From positions 1-26,615 of the IMG/VR virus record IMGVR_UViG_3300020269_000282: 26,615 nucleotides of DNA, one strand, 5' to 3'. The position numbers and the translations under genes are program-made. This document shows, piece after piece, positions 16,663 through 25,208 of the stretch. The stretch is from a virus. Its lineage: Duplodnaviria; Caudoviricetes. A model generated the notes under the pieces. The model was not told the origin of the DNA, did no database searches, and saw nothing but the letters and a program-made list of their open reading frames with translations. The first letter of the stretch is position 1. The number at the start of each line of letters is the position of its first letter.

Positions 16663-18327
16663 ATGTATAGATTACTACTACTAAGCCTTGTCTTGTGCAC
16701 ACAGGTGTACGCGGCAGAGGTCACGGAAGAGATTATTGTCATCGGTGACAGATCTTCTTCAGAAAATAGAATGCTAACATACTCATTTGACATTATAAAG
16801 GTAGATGATATAGAAGATCTCGATAATGTTGTTGGTGTAGACCTTGTAAGAACAGGTCCTATGGGTCAACAGACATCTTTGTTTACAAGAGGTACAAACT
16901 CTAATCATACTCTTATAGCGTTAAATGGTGTAGCAATTAAAGACCACAGTACCATATCTGGTTCTGATGATATTGGTAAACTAAGAGCAACTGGAATTGA
17001 TAAGATAGAGGTTATACTCGGACCAATGGGTGCCGTATATGGTGCAAATGCTATTGGTGGTGTTATCAATATGCATTCAGTTGCATCGAAGAAGAATAAG
17101 TTCTTTACTCACATGGGTAATAGAGAACACTTTACACATAAGTTGTCATGGGGTAATGAGTTTGATGACCATACATTCTCATTTGACATAGCCTATGAGA
17201 ACAATCCATACGCTATATCGGTCAATCCATCAGGTACAGAGCCTGATCCATATAGATTTAGAGACATAAACCTTAACTATTCAGTAGATCTCTCTCAAAG
17301 CGAGTCTATATTTGTGAATAGTATGAATAGAAATCATGACATTAGTCTCGATGCATATAATGGTGATGATCTTGATTATGTGGGTAAGTGGAAGATGACC
17401 AATAATCAGTTCATCTATGCAAATAATAACACCATGGTAGCGGTCAACCAGACCAGTCATGATAGAACATATACGGATGGTGACCTGATATCATCATATA
17501 TTTCAGATGTCGATACACTTCTCGTACATACCACGCTCGACAATTTTACTTACGGAGTAGAGTTAGAGAATGTATCGGCATCCTTCGATATTAATGGTGA
17601 CTGGGGTTATAACTCATATAATACACAGGAGTCAAGACAGAACCGAGGTGCATTCTTTGGATATGATGACAGGAACTATACAATCGGTGTTAGACACGAT
17701 GATCTCTACAGCATAACCACATACAGAATAGGTGGTCAGATAGCAGGTTTTCGTACATCATGGGCCACAGGATTTAAGGCACCGACACTCTACGAGCTCT
17801 TCGGTAAGGATACATTTGGCTTTAATGGTAATCCTAACCTTGCACCAGAGAGATCAGAGACAGTCGAGATCGGATATGGCAATATAGTCACATTGTTCTA
17901 CACCGAGCTTACTGACATGCATACATACTCGAACAGTACATACTCTAATAGTGAGACAGTACAGAGGATTAAGGGTGCGGAGTTCAACTACGGTATCGGA
18001 CCATTTAGCTTTAACTACACATATCTCGATGTAGGTAAGGAGGTCCTGAGAAGACCGAAACATAAGGCCACGATCAAGCTCTTCGGACGTGGTCATACAT
18101 TTAGAGCCACATACACCGGAGAGCACAGAGATATACACTCGGCATTATTCACCACCATCGATATGGATGCCGTAACACTATACGACTACGACTACAGGTT
18201 ATCCATCGACGAGTTCGGTAGCCTTGTCTTTGGTGTAGATAACATCATGGATAAGAGTTATCAGAGTCCGCATGGATACAGTCAGCGTGGAAGAGAAATA
18301 TACATGAGGTTAGAATATGAATTTTAA
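16663..18327 (+). CDS. TonB-dependent outer-membrane receptor (BtuB-like)
   Basis: Signal peptide, TonB box EEIIVIG, plug motifs RGTNSNHTLIALNGV and IEVILGPMGAVYGANAIGGVINM, TGFKAPTLYEL, GNPNLAPERS, C-terminal LEYEF. Confidence 0.92.
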   Translation: MYRLLLLSLVLCTQVYAAEVTEEIIVIGDRSSSENRMLTYSFDIIKVDDIEDLDNVVGVDLVRTGPMGQQTSLFTRGTNSNHTLIALNGVAIKDHSTISGSDDIGKLRATGIDKIEVILGPMGAVYGANAIGGVINMHSVASKKNKFFTHMGNREHFTHKLSWGNEFDDHTFSFDIAYENNPYAISVNPSGTEPDPYRFRDINLNYSVDLSQSESIFVNSMNRNHDISLDAYNGDDLDYVGKWKMTNNQFIYANNNTMVAVNQTSHDRTYTDGDLISSYISDVDTLLVHTTLDNFTYGVELENVSASFDINGDWGYNSYNTQESRQNRGAFFGYDDRNYTIGVRHDDLYSITTYRIGGQIAGFRTSWATGFKAPTLYELFGKDTFGFNGNPNLAPERSETVEIGYGNIVTLFYTELTDMHTYSNSTYSNSETVQRIKGAEFNYGIGPFSFNYTYLDVGKEVLRRPKHKATIKLFGRGHTFRATYTGEHRDIHSALFTTIDMDAVTLYDYDYRLSIDEFGSLVFGVDNIMDKSYQSPHGYSQRGREIYMRLEYEF

Positions 18328-18676
18328 GAAGTTTCATAAGTTTATGAAGAGAGGCAGATTGCATAAAGTAATAAAGGCTTCGGGAATAAATCAGAACAGT
18401 TCAGAACACGAGGTCCGCGTCCTAAAGACCTATCCAGGAGAACACGTAGGTGGACCGCAGACTCAGGTCAGAACCCATTCAGACGACTCAGATGACTCGT
18501 GGATGACTCAAATGGCCAGAGCAAATAGAGTACACGTCACAATACCACTCGAGGATACAAGAGTAGAACTCAATATAGCTCTAACAGTGCTCTCTATCTT
18601 TATCGGTGCTGTAATCGGAATAGTCGGAGTAGGTCTATTAGGACTCGGCTTTCTCAAGGTCCTCGGGCTGCTCTAA
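18317..18676 (+). CDS. Hypothetical protein with basic amphipathic N-terminus and C-terminal TM
   Basis: GAGG RBS; MNFKKFHKFMKRGRLHKVIK; hydrophobic tail. Confidence 0.55.
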   Translation: MNFKKFHKFMKRGRLHKVIKASGINQNSSEHEVRVLKTYPGEHVGGPQTQVRTHSDDSDDSWMTQMARANRVHVTIPLEDTRVELNIALTVLSIFIGAVIGIVGVGLLGLGFLKVLGLL

Positions 18677-18891
18677 ATCACCCGAAAGCTTTATAAACTG
18701 TATTAAAATACATTAAAAAATACAGGCCCGACCGTGATTAAGCCATCTGTAAACACCACCGAGAGATGCCGACTAAATCCACAGGGGCGGTCGGAACACC
18801 CCACCACTGTATCTTTTATGTCACAGGAGTAAAAAATATGCTAAGTGGTTGTTTTCTAATAACAAAAAAGTATAAAAAAACGCATAAAAAG

Positions 18892-18920
18892 GTGTACATT
18901 CCCGAGGAACTGTATAGAAT
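18892..18920 (+). promoter_or_regulatory. T4-early-like sigma70 promoter, copy 2
   Basis: GTGTAC-17 bp-TAGAAT; shares AACTGTATAGAATA and CCTATAATT with copy 1. Confidence 0.8.
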
Positions 18921-18953
18921 ATACCCTATAATTAACTAATATAAGGAGCATAT

Positions 18954-19154
18954 ATGTCAAAAATGTCTAATCTTTATCTTGAGCAAAGCGAAATAGCTCA
19001 GAACTACATCGCGGATTATGCGAATGGTCACTATCCTTCTATAGAAGCCGCTAAGAAAGCTTTTATACAGGATCCTCATTTCGTTAATTTTGTAGGCGCG
19101 GAGTCAGTCTTTGATGACGAGGCTGCAGCTGCCTCAGAGATAGGTATATTATAA
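18954..19154 (+). CDS. Hypothetical early protein
   Basis: TAAGGAG RBS; first gene after promoter copy 2. Confidence 0.7.
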   Translation: MSKMSNLYLEQSEIAQNYIADYANGHYPSIEAAKKAFIQDPHFVNFVGAESVFDDEAAAASEIGIL

Positions 19155-19156
19155 GT

Positions 19157-19666
19157 ATGGCTAAATCAGGATATAAGCAGCCCAAGACACTGGACGAGGC
19201 TATCAAGTCCCTTACCCCGGTAGTCAAGAAGTTCGCCCGTCAGTACACCCGTAACCACTATCACCTCTATGAGGACCTCATGCAGGACGGTTTTATGGGT
19301 ATCTGTGAGGCGTGGGATAAGTTTGACCATACCAAGGGTGCAAGCTTTACTACCTACGCCTGGTTCTATATACGTAAGAAGATGCAGACCACTGTCGATC
19401 CCTTTTGGAAATGGGATAACAAGACCGTACCCGAAGAATGGGCACCCGATAATGGCTACGAGCACGACTTCGATGGCTTCGCGGCTATACAGGCCTTTCA
19501 GAAGCTTAATGACTACGAGCAGGAACTCATAAGGCTACGTACCGAAGGATACACCTTCTCCGAGATAGCCAAGGAGATCAATAGGTCTACTAAGTCACGT
19601 AAGTCACTTAACAAGATCAGGTCCGAGATACTCGAGATACAGGACAGGCTAGTCGCCGAGGAATAA
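19157..19666 (+). CDS. Sigma70-family alternative sigma factor (regions 2 and 4)
   Basis: YEDLMQDGFMGICEAWDKFDHTKGASFTTYAWFYIR (region 2); LNDYEQELIRLRTEGYTFSEIAKEINRS (region 4 HTH). Confidence 0.88.
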   Translation: MAKSGYKQPKTLDEAIKSLTPVVKKFARQYTRNHYHLYEDLMQDGFMGICEAWDKFDHTKGASFTTYAWFYIRKKMQTTVDPFWKWDNKTVPEEWAPDNGYEHDFDGFAAIQAFQKLNDYEQELIRLRTEGYTFSEIAKEINRSTKSRKSLNKIRSEILEIQDRLVAEE

Positions 19667-19687
19667 TCCCCAAGGGCCTAGGTATTA

Positions 19688-19774
19688 TCTAGGGAAAAGT
19701 GCCGGGCAAGGTCGTCCGTGCGTAGCTCCGTAGGGTTTTTTTTCCTAGAATTTTTTTTTCTCAAGGATTTTTTT
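19688..19774 (+). terminator. Hairpin plus three T tracts at the convergence of the two gene blocks (terminator-like; may have another role)
   Basis: TCTAGGGAAAA (19688-98) pairs with TTTTCCTAGA (19740-49); T8, T9 and T7 at 19736, 19751 and 19768. Confidence 0.5.
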
Positions 19775-19871
19775 ACCCGAGTATCATTGTATTGGCTATG
19801 CTTATCCCTATATAGACATAGAGAGACATGAGCATGATGGCCATATATTTTATCCAGGTATCAGGTGTCAT
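19773..19871 (-). CDS. Small single-TM peptide, 32 aa (not in ORF track)
   Basis: ATGA overlap with the upstream stop; MTPDTWIKYMAIMLMSLYVYIGISIANTMILG. Confidence 0.55.
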   Translation of the reverse strand: MTPDTWIKYMAIMLMSLYVYIGISIANTMILG

Positions 19872-21115
19872 GACATAATAGGTGGTAGGGGTAGGCTGGA
19901 GGATTCTCCATCTACCGTAGGTGGTTTATCGGTTAGTATCGGTTTGGCTCCCTCTATATTAGGTGGAGGTGGAGCATTGAGTACTATCTGTTTAGGTTTC
20001 TGTGGTCCATTCGGTCCGAAGTCACTCGGTATAGGTGAGAGGGACGGGGCTCCCTGTGTCACGGCATTTCGTAGAGCAACTCGTTCATTCATTTCTCTCT
20101 CAAATTGAGCTTGTTGCTGCATGTCCGTAGGATATTGGATATTACCTCCCTGATCTATGAATCCCATCCACGGTACATGTATTCTTACGGGACCGGCTGG
20201 TGTCTCGATATCACATTCTAATATTGTATCTTTACCCTTCGGACCGGCCTTGATCTGTTCGCGTTTCGCCTGTATTCGAAGCTGCAGGACATCTTTCGGA
20301 TGCATAAGATCGGGGTAGATGATATTCTCCTGACCGGCAAGCTGTCTCTCGATAGCGGCTCGTACATCATCCGGGTTATCCTGATAGGCGGTACCTCGGA
20401 CCTCGGGAGTTATCTGCTTAATATCGACCAACTCCTTATCCTCATAGATATGTTCCATGAGATTATCCCATGTTATCTGATGAAAGTTATCAAAGCCAAT
20501 CAATCTCGGAGGTGACTTACCATCGAGCGGGTCGACGTGATAGAACTGTGTATCTGGGAACTGTTTAATAATCCACTGATATCTGCGCTGCCAGTTCCTG
20601 AATGTAGGAGCACCGTTCAGAACACCTTCCTTCTTCTTTGCATAGTGTTTCTTACCCTCATAGAGGTTATTCATCAGACCGTTGTTATCTGGATTATTGA
20701 TATCCGCCTCGGACCCGATACCAAAGAAGTCATTACCTATCAGAAAGATATGCTTGTGCTCATGTACCTTACATGCCACATAGGTTGCGGATGGACCGGC
20801 TGCGAACTTCTCCGGTGTAGGTATCTTCTTTGCACCGGAACCAGGCTTAGGAAACCACGTGTAGAACCAGTTGCTCATGGGCCAATTTGGTGAGGTCTTC
20901 AATATAGTTCTAGTCATCGGTTCATCCGAGGCCACTAGAACATGAGGTGCAAACTCCTCACGATAGAACCAATTACATGCGTAGAGAATACCATACTGCT
21001 TGAGCTGCATGATATCCTTGCCCTTACGTGTGATACCATTACCGATTATCCACGCGTACTTGCCCTTGGGTAGGGTCTTCTTACCGGTTCCCTTCATCTT
21101 AGGTAGTTTCTGCAT
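19868..21115 (-). CDS. Glycosyltransferase-like protein (GT42/GT29/Maf-MptE-like N-domain) with Pro-rich tail
   Basis: AWIIGNGITR...LYACN..YRE..P.VLVASD and HIFLIGNDF, matching the IIGNGPS...YLLGFD pattern; GAGGA RBS. Confidence 0.55.
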   Translation of the reverse strand: MQKLPKMKGTGKKTLPKGKYAWIIGNGITRKGKDIMQLKQYGILYACNWFYREEFAPHVLVASDEPMTRTILKTSPNWPMSNWFYTWFPKPGSGAKKIPTPEKFAAGPSATYVACKVHEHKHIFLIGNDFFGIGSEADINNPDNNGLMNNLYEGKKHYAKKKEGVLNGAPTFRNWQRRYQWIIKQFPDTQFYHVDPLDGKSPPRLIGFDNFHQITWDNLMEHIYEDKELVDIKQITPEVRGTAYQDNPDDVRAAIERQLAGQENIIYPDLMHPKDVLQLRIQAKREQIKAGPKGKDTILECDIETPAGPVRIHVPWMGFIDQGGNIQYPTDMQQQAQFEREMNERVALRNAVTQGAPSLSPIPSDFGPNGPQKPKQIVLNAPPPPNIEGAKPILTDKPPTVDGESSSLPLPPIMS

Positions 21116-22166
21116 CTATCCTCTTTATAAATTTATTTAGACCAGGATCGATATGTAGTAGCCGCTCCTGATTATGTTTACGGTCCTTTATAGTATTATA
21201 CCAAATTTCCTGCCATTGTTCATCACTCATGTGATATAATCTACTAATCTCCTCGTTCAGCATTCTTAATCTCTTGCCAGGGTCACGTTCGAGATCATAC
21301 GAGTGGTCAATATACTTGTCAAAGAACTTCCAACCCTTACGTTTCAGATTGGTTATATGATGTTGTTGAGCCCAGTATAATGAGAGATTACCTGATCTCA
21401 GAGCACGAAATGTCTTCTCACTTGCAAATGTAGAGAGTGGACCACCATTGATTCGTGTTTCTGATACGATCTCCAGTTGAAACTTTGCTCTAGCCTCATA
21501 GCTATCTACGAGTGCACCGTTCTGACCCTCGACAAGGTCCTGACCCTCACTGATGATTCTTTGTTTTACCTTACCCCAGTTATCAAAGTGTTTCTTTAGC
21601 GGTTCATTTATCTCAGGTCTCTCGAGTTCCGTCAGTATATGTGGACATCTGATCTCCATCTCCATATTACTATTTACTAGTCTCTTTAAGAGTTCGACAC
21701 GATATGAATAGTGTCTTCTCATCCAGAAGAACATACGTTGTTTTCTATTTACAACCTGTTTGGATCTTTGATCCACGGGTACGGGTGGATATTTAGATAT
21801 CTGTATGTCTACGAACTTCTTCCAGTATGGTACATATATCCAGTTCTTATCACATGACTGTGTAAGTGGTCCACTATTACAATGCCAGATATACATATTC
21901 TCATAGTTCTTAAACTCATGCTTGACATCAAACCACTCCTTAAACATATACTCCATTCCTACATTCAGTATGTATAGAGCCTTATTACCATAGGAATCAT
22001 ACATTCTATTCATATAGTCACGTGCCTCGGTGTATCTTTCAAATCCACCAAGGTGTTCAAAGTATATGACCTGTATATTTTCTGCGAGTGTCTTTAGTTG
22101 TGGACTAAATGCTGAATCTGCTCTCAGAGCGGGTACTTCTGTATTGTTTATGTCTAGTGGAAACAT
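21099..22166 (-). CDS. GT10-like phage glycosyltransferase-like protein
   Basis: LEIVSET...FASEKTFRAL...GWKFFDKYIDHSYD...HNQE pattern, resembling the E..TEK motif of GT10-like proteins. Confidence 0.5.
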   Translation of the reverse strand: MFPLDINNTEVPALRADSAFSPQLKTLAENIQVIYFEHLGGFERYTEARDYMNRMYDSYGNKALYILNVGMEYMFKEWFDVKHEFKNYENMYIWHCNSGPLTQSCDKNWIYVPYWKKFVDIQISKYPPVPVDQRSKQVVNRKQRMFFWMRRHYSYRVELLKRLVNSNMEMEIRCPHILTELERPEINEPLKKHFDNWGKVKQRIISEGQDLVEGQNGALVDSYEARAKFQLEIVSETRINGGPLSTFASEKTFRALRSGNLSLYWAQQHHITNLKRKGWKFFDKYIDHSYDLERDPGKRLRMLNEEISRLYHMSDEQWQEIWYNTIKDRKHNQERLLHIDPGLNKFIKRIDAETT

Positions 22167-23326
22167 TCTGTGGTACCATACTTTATAATCTTCTTGGTTC
22201 GAGGAACATCAATGTCATATTCCTTATCTCCCCAAGGATCGATGAGTATAGAACCATCAGCAACATTATCTATTATGAACTGTGTAGGTCCTCTACTACA
22301 GAGATACACAGCGGGTTCTTCTAGATATTTCTCATAATGAATCTCTTGTTTATTAAACATATCCATTTGTTCCTCTATATCTTCTAACCATGCGGCTACG
22401 AGAAGAGATGGAGAACCATCGAGTAAATCAGATTCTTTCTTGAATCCATTCTCTAGGAATACAATAGGTAATTCAAATGTAGTCAGAAAGTCTGACATCT
22501 TCTGTGCCTGGAAGTCCCTCGCCTCCATCACGGCTGCAAATAAATCATACTTTAATTTAATATCAGCTGATAATTTTCTAAGGGCTATGTTGTCTCTAGG
22601 GTGACATGGACCACCATCTCCTAGACCTGGTCTCATGTACTTATCACTTGTAATTCTTTTATTAGATTTGGCTAGTGCATTAGCCACTTTCGAAGCATCC
22701 ATGTGGCCAATCTCCATGGCCATATCCTGTATCATATTAACAAATGAGATCTTCATTGATATGAATGTATTGTAGAATACCTTTATGCATTCGGCTTCTT
22801 CATATGTACCAGTTTCCCATCTTACTGGTGCAGTAATTATATTCTGATAGAATGCTATCAGTTCTGCTCTATCTCCTGGCTCACCACCAGCAATCATCAT
22901 TTCAGGATTTAAGAAGTCTTCTTTTACGGTACCCATTGCGATAAGATATGGGTTATAAACTAATCTGTAGTTCTTTGGTATGTCTATCAGATGTTTTCTA
23001 AATGTAGTTGGTAGTACAGTTGATATGACCACAACGAGAGCATCTGGTTCTGCATAGTCATTGAGATCATTTAACACATCTTTTAATGCTTCATAGTCAA
23101 AGTCTACGGGTTCTAGATTGTATGTAGGTTTATCACCACCATAATCATCTTGATGTGGTGTAGGTACCGCAATAAAAATAGTATCAGCACCTTCACATAC
23201 TTCTTTCATATCAGTATTCATCTTTGTATCATGAATATGTACATCATAGTACTCATTCATAACTTCAGCAACTGGACCGCCGAGTTTACCAGCTCCGATG
23301 AATGCTACTTTCTTACCAGCCTCCAT
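22154..23326 (-). CDS. ugd: UDP-glucose/GDP-mannose 6-dehydrogenase, full length
   Basis: FIGAGKLG, IAVPTP, ISTVLP, AECIKVFYNTFISMKISFVN, GDGGPCHPRD, C-terminal FKKESD and LIDPW. Confidence 0.9.
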   Translation of the reverse strand: MEAGKKVAFIGAGKLGGPVAEVMNEYYDVHIHDTKMNTDMKEVCEGADTIFIAVPTPHQDDYGGDKPTYNLEPVDFDYEALKDVLNDLNDYAEPDALVVVISTVLPTTFRKHLIDIPKNYRLVYNPYLIAMGTVKEDFLNPEMMIAGGEPGDRAELIAFYQNIITAPVRWETGTYEEAECIKVFYNTFISMKISFVNMIQDMAMEIGHMDASKVANALAKSNKRITSDKYMRPGLGDGGPCHPRDNIALRKLSADIKLKYDLFAAVMEARDFQAQKMSDFLTTFELPIVFLENGFKKESDLLDGSPSLLVAAWLEDIEEQMDMFNKQEIHYEKYLEEPAVYLCSRGPTQFIIDNVADGSILIDPWGDKEYDIDVPRTKKIIKYGTTECFH

Positions 23327-23462
23327 CGCCTTTACCTTTCTGTTTTCTCTTAAAGTGAAACTTACCAGATAAACCGGCTAGGACGAATAATGTACAACCA
23401 ACAATAATTGCTGAACATATTAATAACGCTTCAATCATAACGATTACATTCATATCATACAT
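23313..23462 (-). CDS. Small single-TM protein, up to 49 aa (not in ORF track)
   Basis: Starts right after the upstream TAA; (MYDMNVIV)MIEALLICSAIIVGCTLFVLAGLSGKFHFKRKQKGKGDGGW. Confidence 0.6.
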   Translation of the reverse strand: MYDMNVIVMIEALLICSAIIVGCTLFVLAGLSGKFHFKRKQKGKGDGGW

Positions 23463-23798
23463 TTACCATTTTTCGTTGTAGATAAATTCTCCTGTTTCAT
23501 AGTCCCAGCCATTTGTTAAGTAGAAGTATTTGTTTCCTTTAGCATCTACTCCTAGTTTTTCTTCTGATGGTGGATGTGAGTGAGTCATAGGGTCATGGTC
23601 TTGACCAATATATCTAAAGGCTTTGCTACCTTCTGAATAACCGCCTTGTCCTTCAAGTTTACAAGGTGGTACGTGGTCAAACTCATGTTCGCATTCACAA
23701 TTATGTTTTACACTATACTTTCCGATATCTAAATTAGTACCATAGATGTACTCACCATTAGTCATCTTCATGTAAAGCATTTCATGTACTTGCGCCAT
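23463..23798 (-). CDS. Hypothetical protein with His/Cys cluster
   Basis: HNCECEHEFDHVPPC and HDPMTHSH; ATAAATA box upstream. Confidence 0.65.
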   Translation of the reverse strand: MAQVHEMLYMKMTNGEYIYGTNLDIGKYSVKHNCECEHEFDHVPPCKLEGQGGYSEGSKAFRYIGQDHDPMTHSHPPSEEKLGVDAKGNKYFYLTNGWDYETGEFIYNEKW

Positions 23799-23802
23799 AA
23801 TA

Positions 23803-23810
23803 TATTTATT
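23803..23810 (-). promoter_or_regulatory. T4-like late promoter box (AATAAATA)
   Basis: Minus strand reads AATAAATATATTATG, identical to 4636-4650. Confidence 0.5.
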
Positions 23811-24534
23811 TTACTAAATTGAAATGTCGTTCATAGACATGTAGGTTTTGAACTTGCCATACTATCTGGCCAGGCTTACATTGTATATCTTGGCATAAAC
23901 GCGTAAGTACTGTTTTTTGCCATGCAAAATCATTGCGATAGCCGTATATGACATCGTTAGAACGCATTTGAACTACACAGTCAAGTAAGTCATTACGTTT
24001 GTAATATGTGACAGCATTGGTACATATAAAATCTGACTTACCATTTTCATTGTATTCTTTCCATATAGATGGGCGAGTATAGATCATGGCTGCACGCCTT
24101 GAGTCTGGATTGTCAAGCAATTCTTCGACTACATGTTCGTATTGATTGTAGAATAAATCATCGTATATAAGCTTGCCATAATTAGAATTGATATTACCCC
24201 AAGGATCAGCAGCTAGTAGCCATGCTTGAGGTGGTGAATTGACACCATCTTTATCTTTACCTTCAGGACCATATATATCATATATGCTGGTTGACATAGA
24301 ATCATACCAATCAATTTCATAGTCAATGTATTCTTTATTAGGAATACCAAAGATCGCTGGTTCGTCAGCTATAAAAGAAGCACCAATTAATTCTATAGTC
24401 TTAGAACCAGATCGATCCTTGGTAAACTTTTCTTGATTCAGTTCACTAATAAAGTGAGATCTGATATCAGAAACTTTTGGATGTAGTTTAGTCTTCGTTG
24501 AAGATTTTTTCGAGAATTCCAGTATTTGTCCCAT
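23806..24534 (-). CDS. gp42: dCMP hydroxymethylase-like (T4 gp42 branch of the thymidylate synthase family)
   Basis: INSNYG, NPDSRRA.MIYTRPS, SDFICTN, MRSNDV.YGYRNDFAWQ and LHVYERHF closely follow T4 gp42; Asp at the dCMP-specificity position (RND). Confidence 0.88.
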   Translation of the reverse strand: MGQILEFSKKSSTKTKLHPKVSDIRSHFISELNQEKFTKDRSGSKTIELIGASFIADEPAIFGIPNKEYIDYEIDWYDSMSTSIYDIYGPEGKDKDGVNSPPQAWLLAADPWGNINSNYGKLIYDDLFYNQYEHVVEELLDNPDSRRAAMIYTRPSIWKEYNENGKSDFICTNAVTYYKRNDLLDCVVQMRSNDVIYGYRNDFAWQKTVLTRLCQDIQCKPGQIVWQVQNLHVYERHFNLVK

Positions 24535-24901
24535 GGTTTGGTGCCTCCCAGTCTTTAGGTTTAGTCAAATCAGGTAGTCCGTATGGATTAGGTCTACCTT
24601 CCTTCAAGCCAATTGTTTTATTTAGATTAGCTTTTAATACTTCTTGCCACGCTTTATTACCATCAACCTTCATAAGATCAAGGGTACCAGCTGCGAATAC
24701 AATGAGATCAATAAGACCATCAACTATTTCTTCAGGGTCTTGATTATCAAGTGCATTCTTAGTTTCATCAAGTTCTTCTTGACAACATTCAAGTCTGAAT
24801 GCTAGGAACTTACCTAACATATCTTTATCCATTCTGTTTACTACTACAGGTACCATGTATTTCATATGCATACCTGCCATGTCTTTAAATATATCACTCA
24901 T
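24488..24901 (-). CDS. MazG/PRA-PH-like all-alpha dNTP pyrophosphatase
   Basis: QEELDE...EEIVDGLIDL, AW.EVLKAN..K and PNPYGLPDL.KP..W.AP; GGAG RBS before ATG 24901. Confidence 0.8.
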   Translation of the reverse strand: MSDIFKDMAGMHMKYMVPVVVNRMDKDMLGKFLAFRLECCQEELDETKNALDNQDPEEIVDGLIDLIVFAAGTLDLMKVDGNKAWQEVLKANLNKTIGLKEGRPNPYGLPDLTKPKDWEAPNHGTNTGILEKIFNED

Positions 24902-25208
24902 ATCTTGCTCCATTAAATATTGCTGAGAATATTAGAGGTTCTATATCTGTATTATACACTTTATGGAATTTATTTGCTGGTACTGGAATAGTGTCACCAG
25001 GTTTAACTGCAAATGTTTCATCTTCTATTTGCATAAGACCTGTACCTTTTGTAAATACATATACTTCCTCTTGTTGTGGGTCACTATGTGTATGACCATT
25101 GGTTTCTTTTCCTGGTTGTAGTACAGTAATTGAAGGAACTAATATATTTAGTTCATCATTATCTAGTACGGCATAACGCTCGTCTTTCTTAGCTATTTTC
25201 CAAGTCAT
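24894..25208 (-). CDS. Cupin-domain protein (mannose-6-phosphate isomerase-like)
   Basis: GHTH...EEVYVF.KGTG...PGDTI.VPA..FHKVYN. Confidence 0.85.
   Translation of the reverse strand: MTWKIAKKDERYAVLDNDELNILVPSITVLQPGKETNGHTHSDPQQEEVYVFTKGTGLMQIEDETFAVKPGDTIPVPANKFHKVYNTDIEPLIFSAIFNGARYE

Noticed and set aside
17500-21700. GC-rich zone as an inserted mobile element or host island
   Set aside because: No integrase, transposase or att-like repeats; GC changes within single genes and the zone contains a phage-type promoter identical in layout to the one at 13.9 kb.
23806-24534. Ordinary thymidylate synthase thyA
   Set aside because: It has Asp (RND) rather than Asn at the specificity position and gp42-type motifs (DFICTN, SNYG). 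A dCMP hydroxylase-type variant cannot be excluded.
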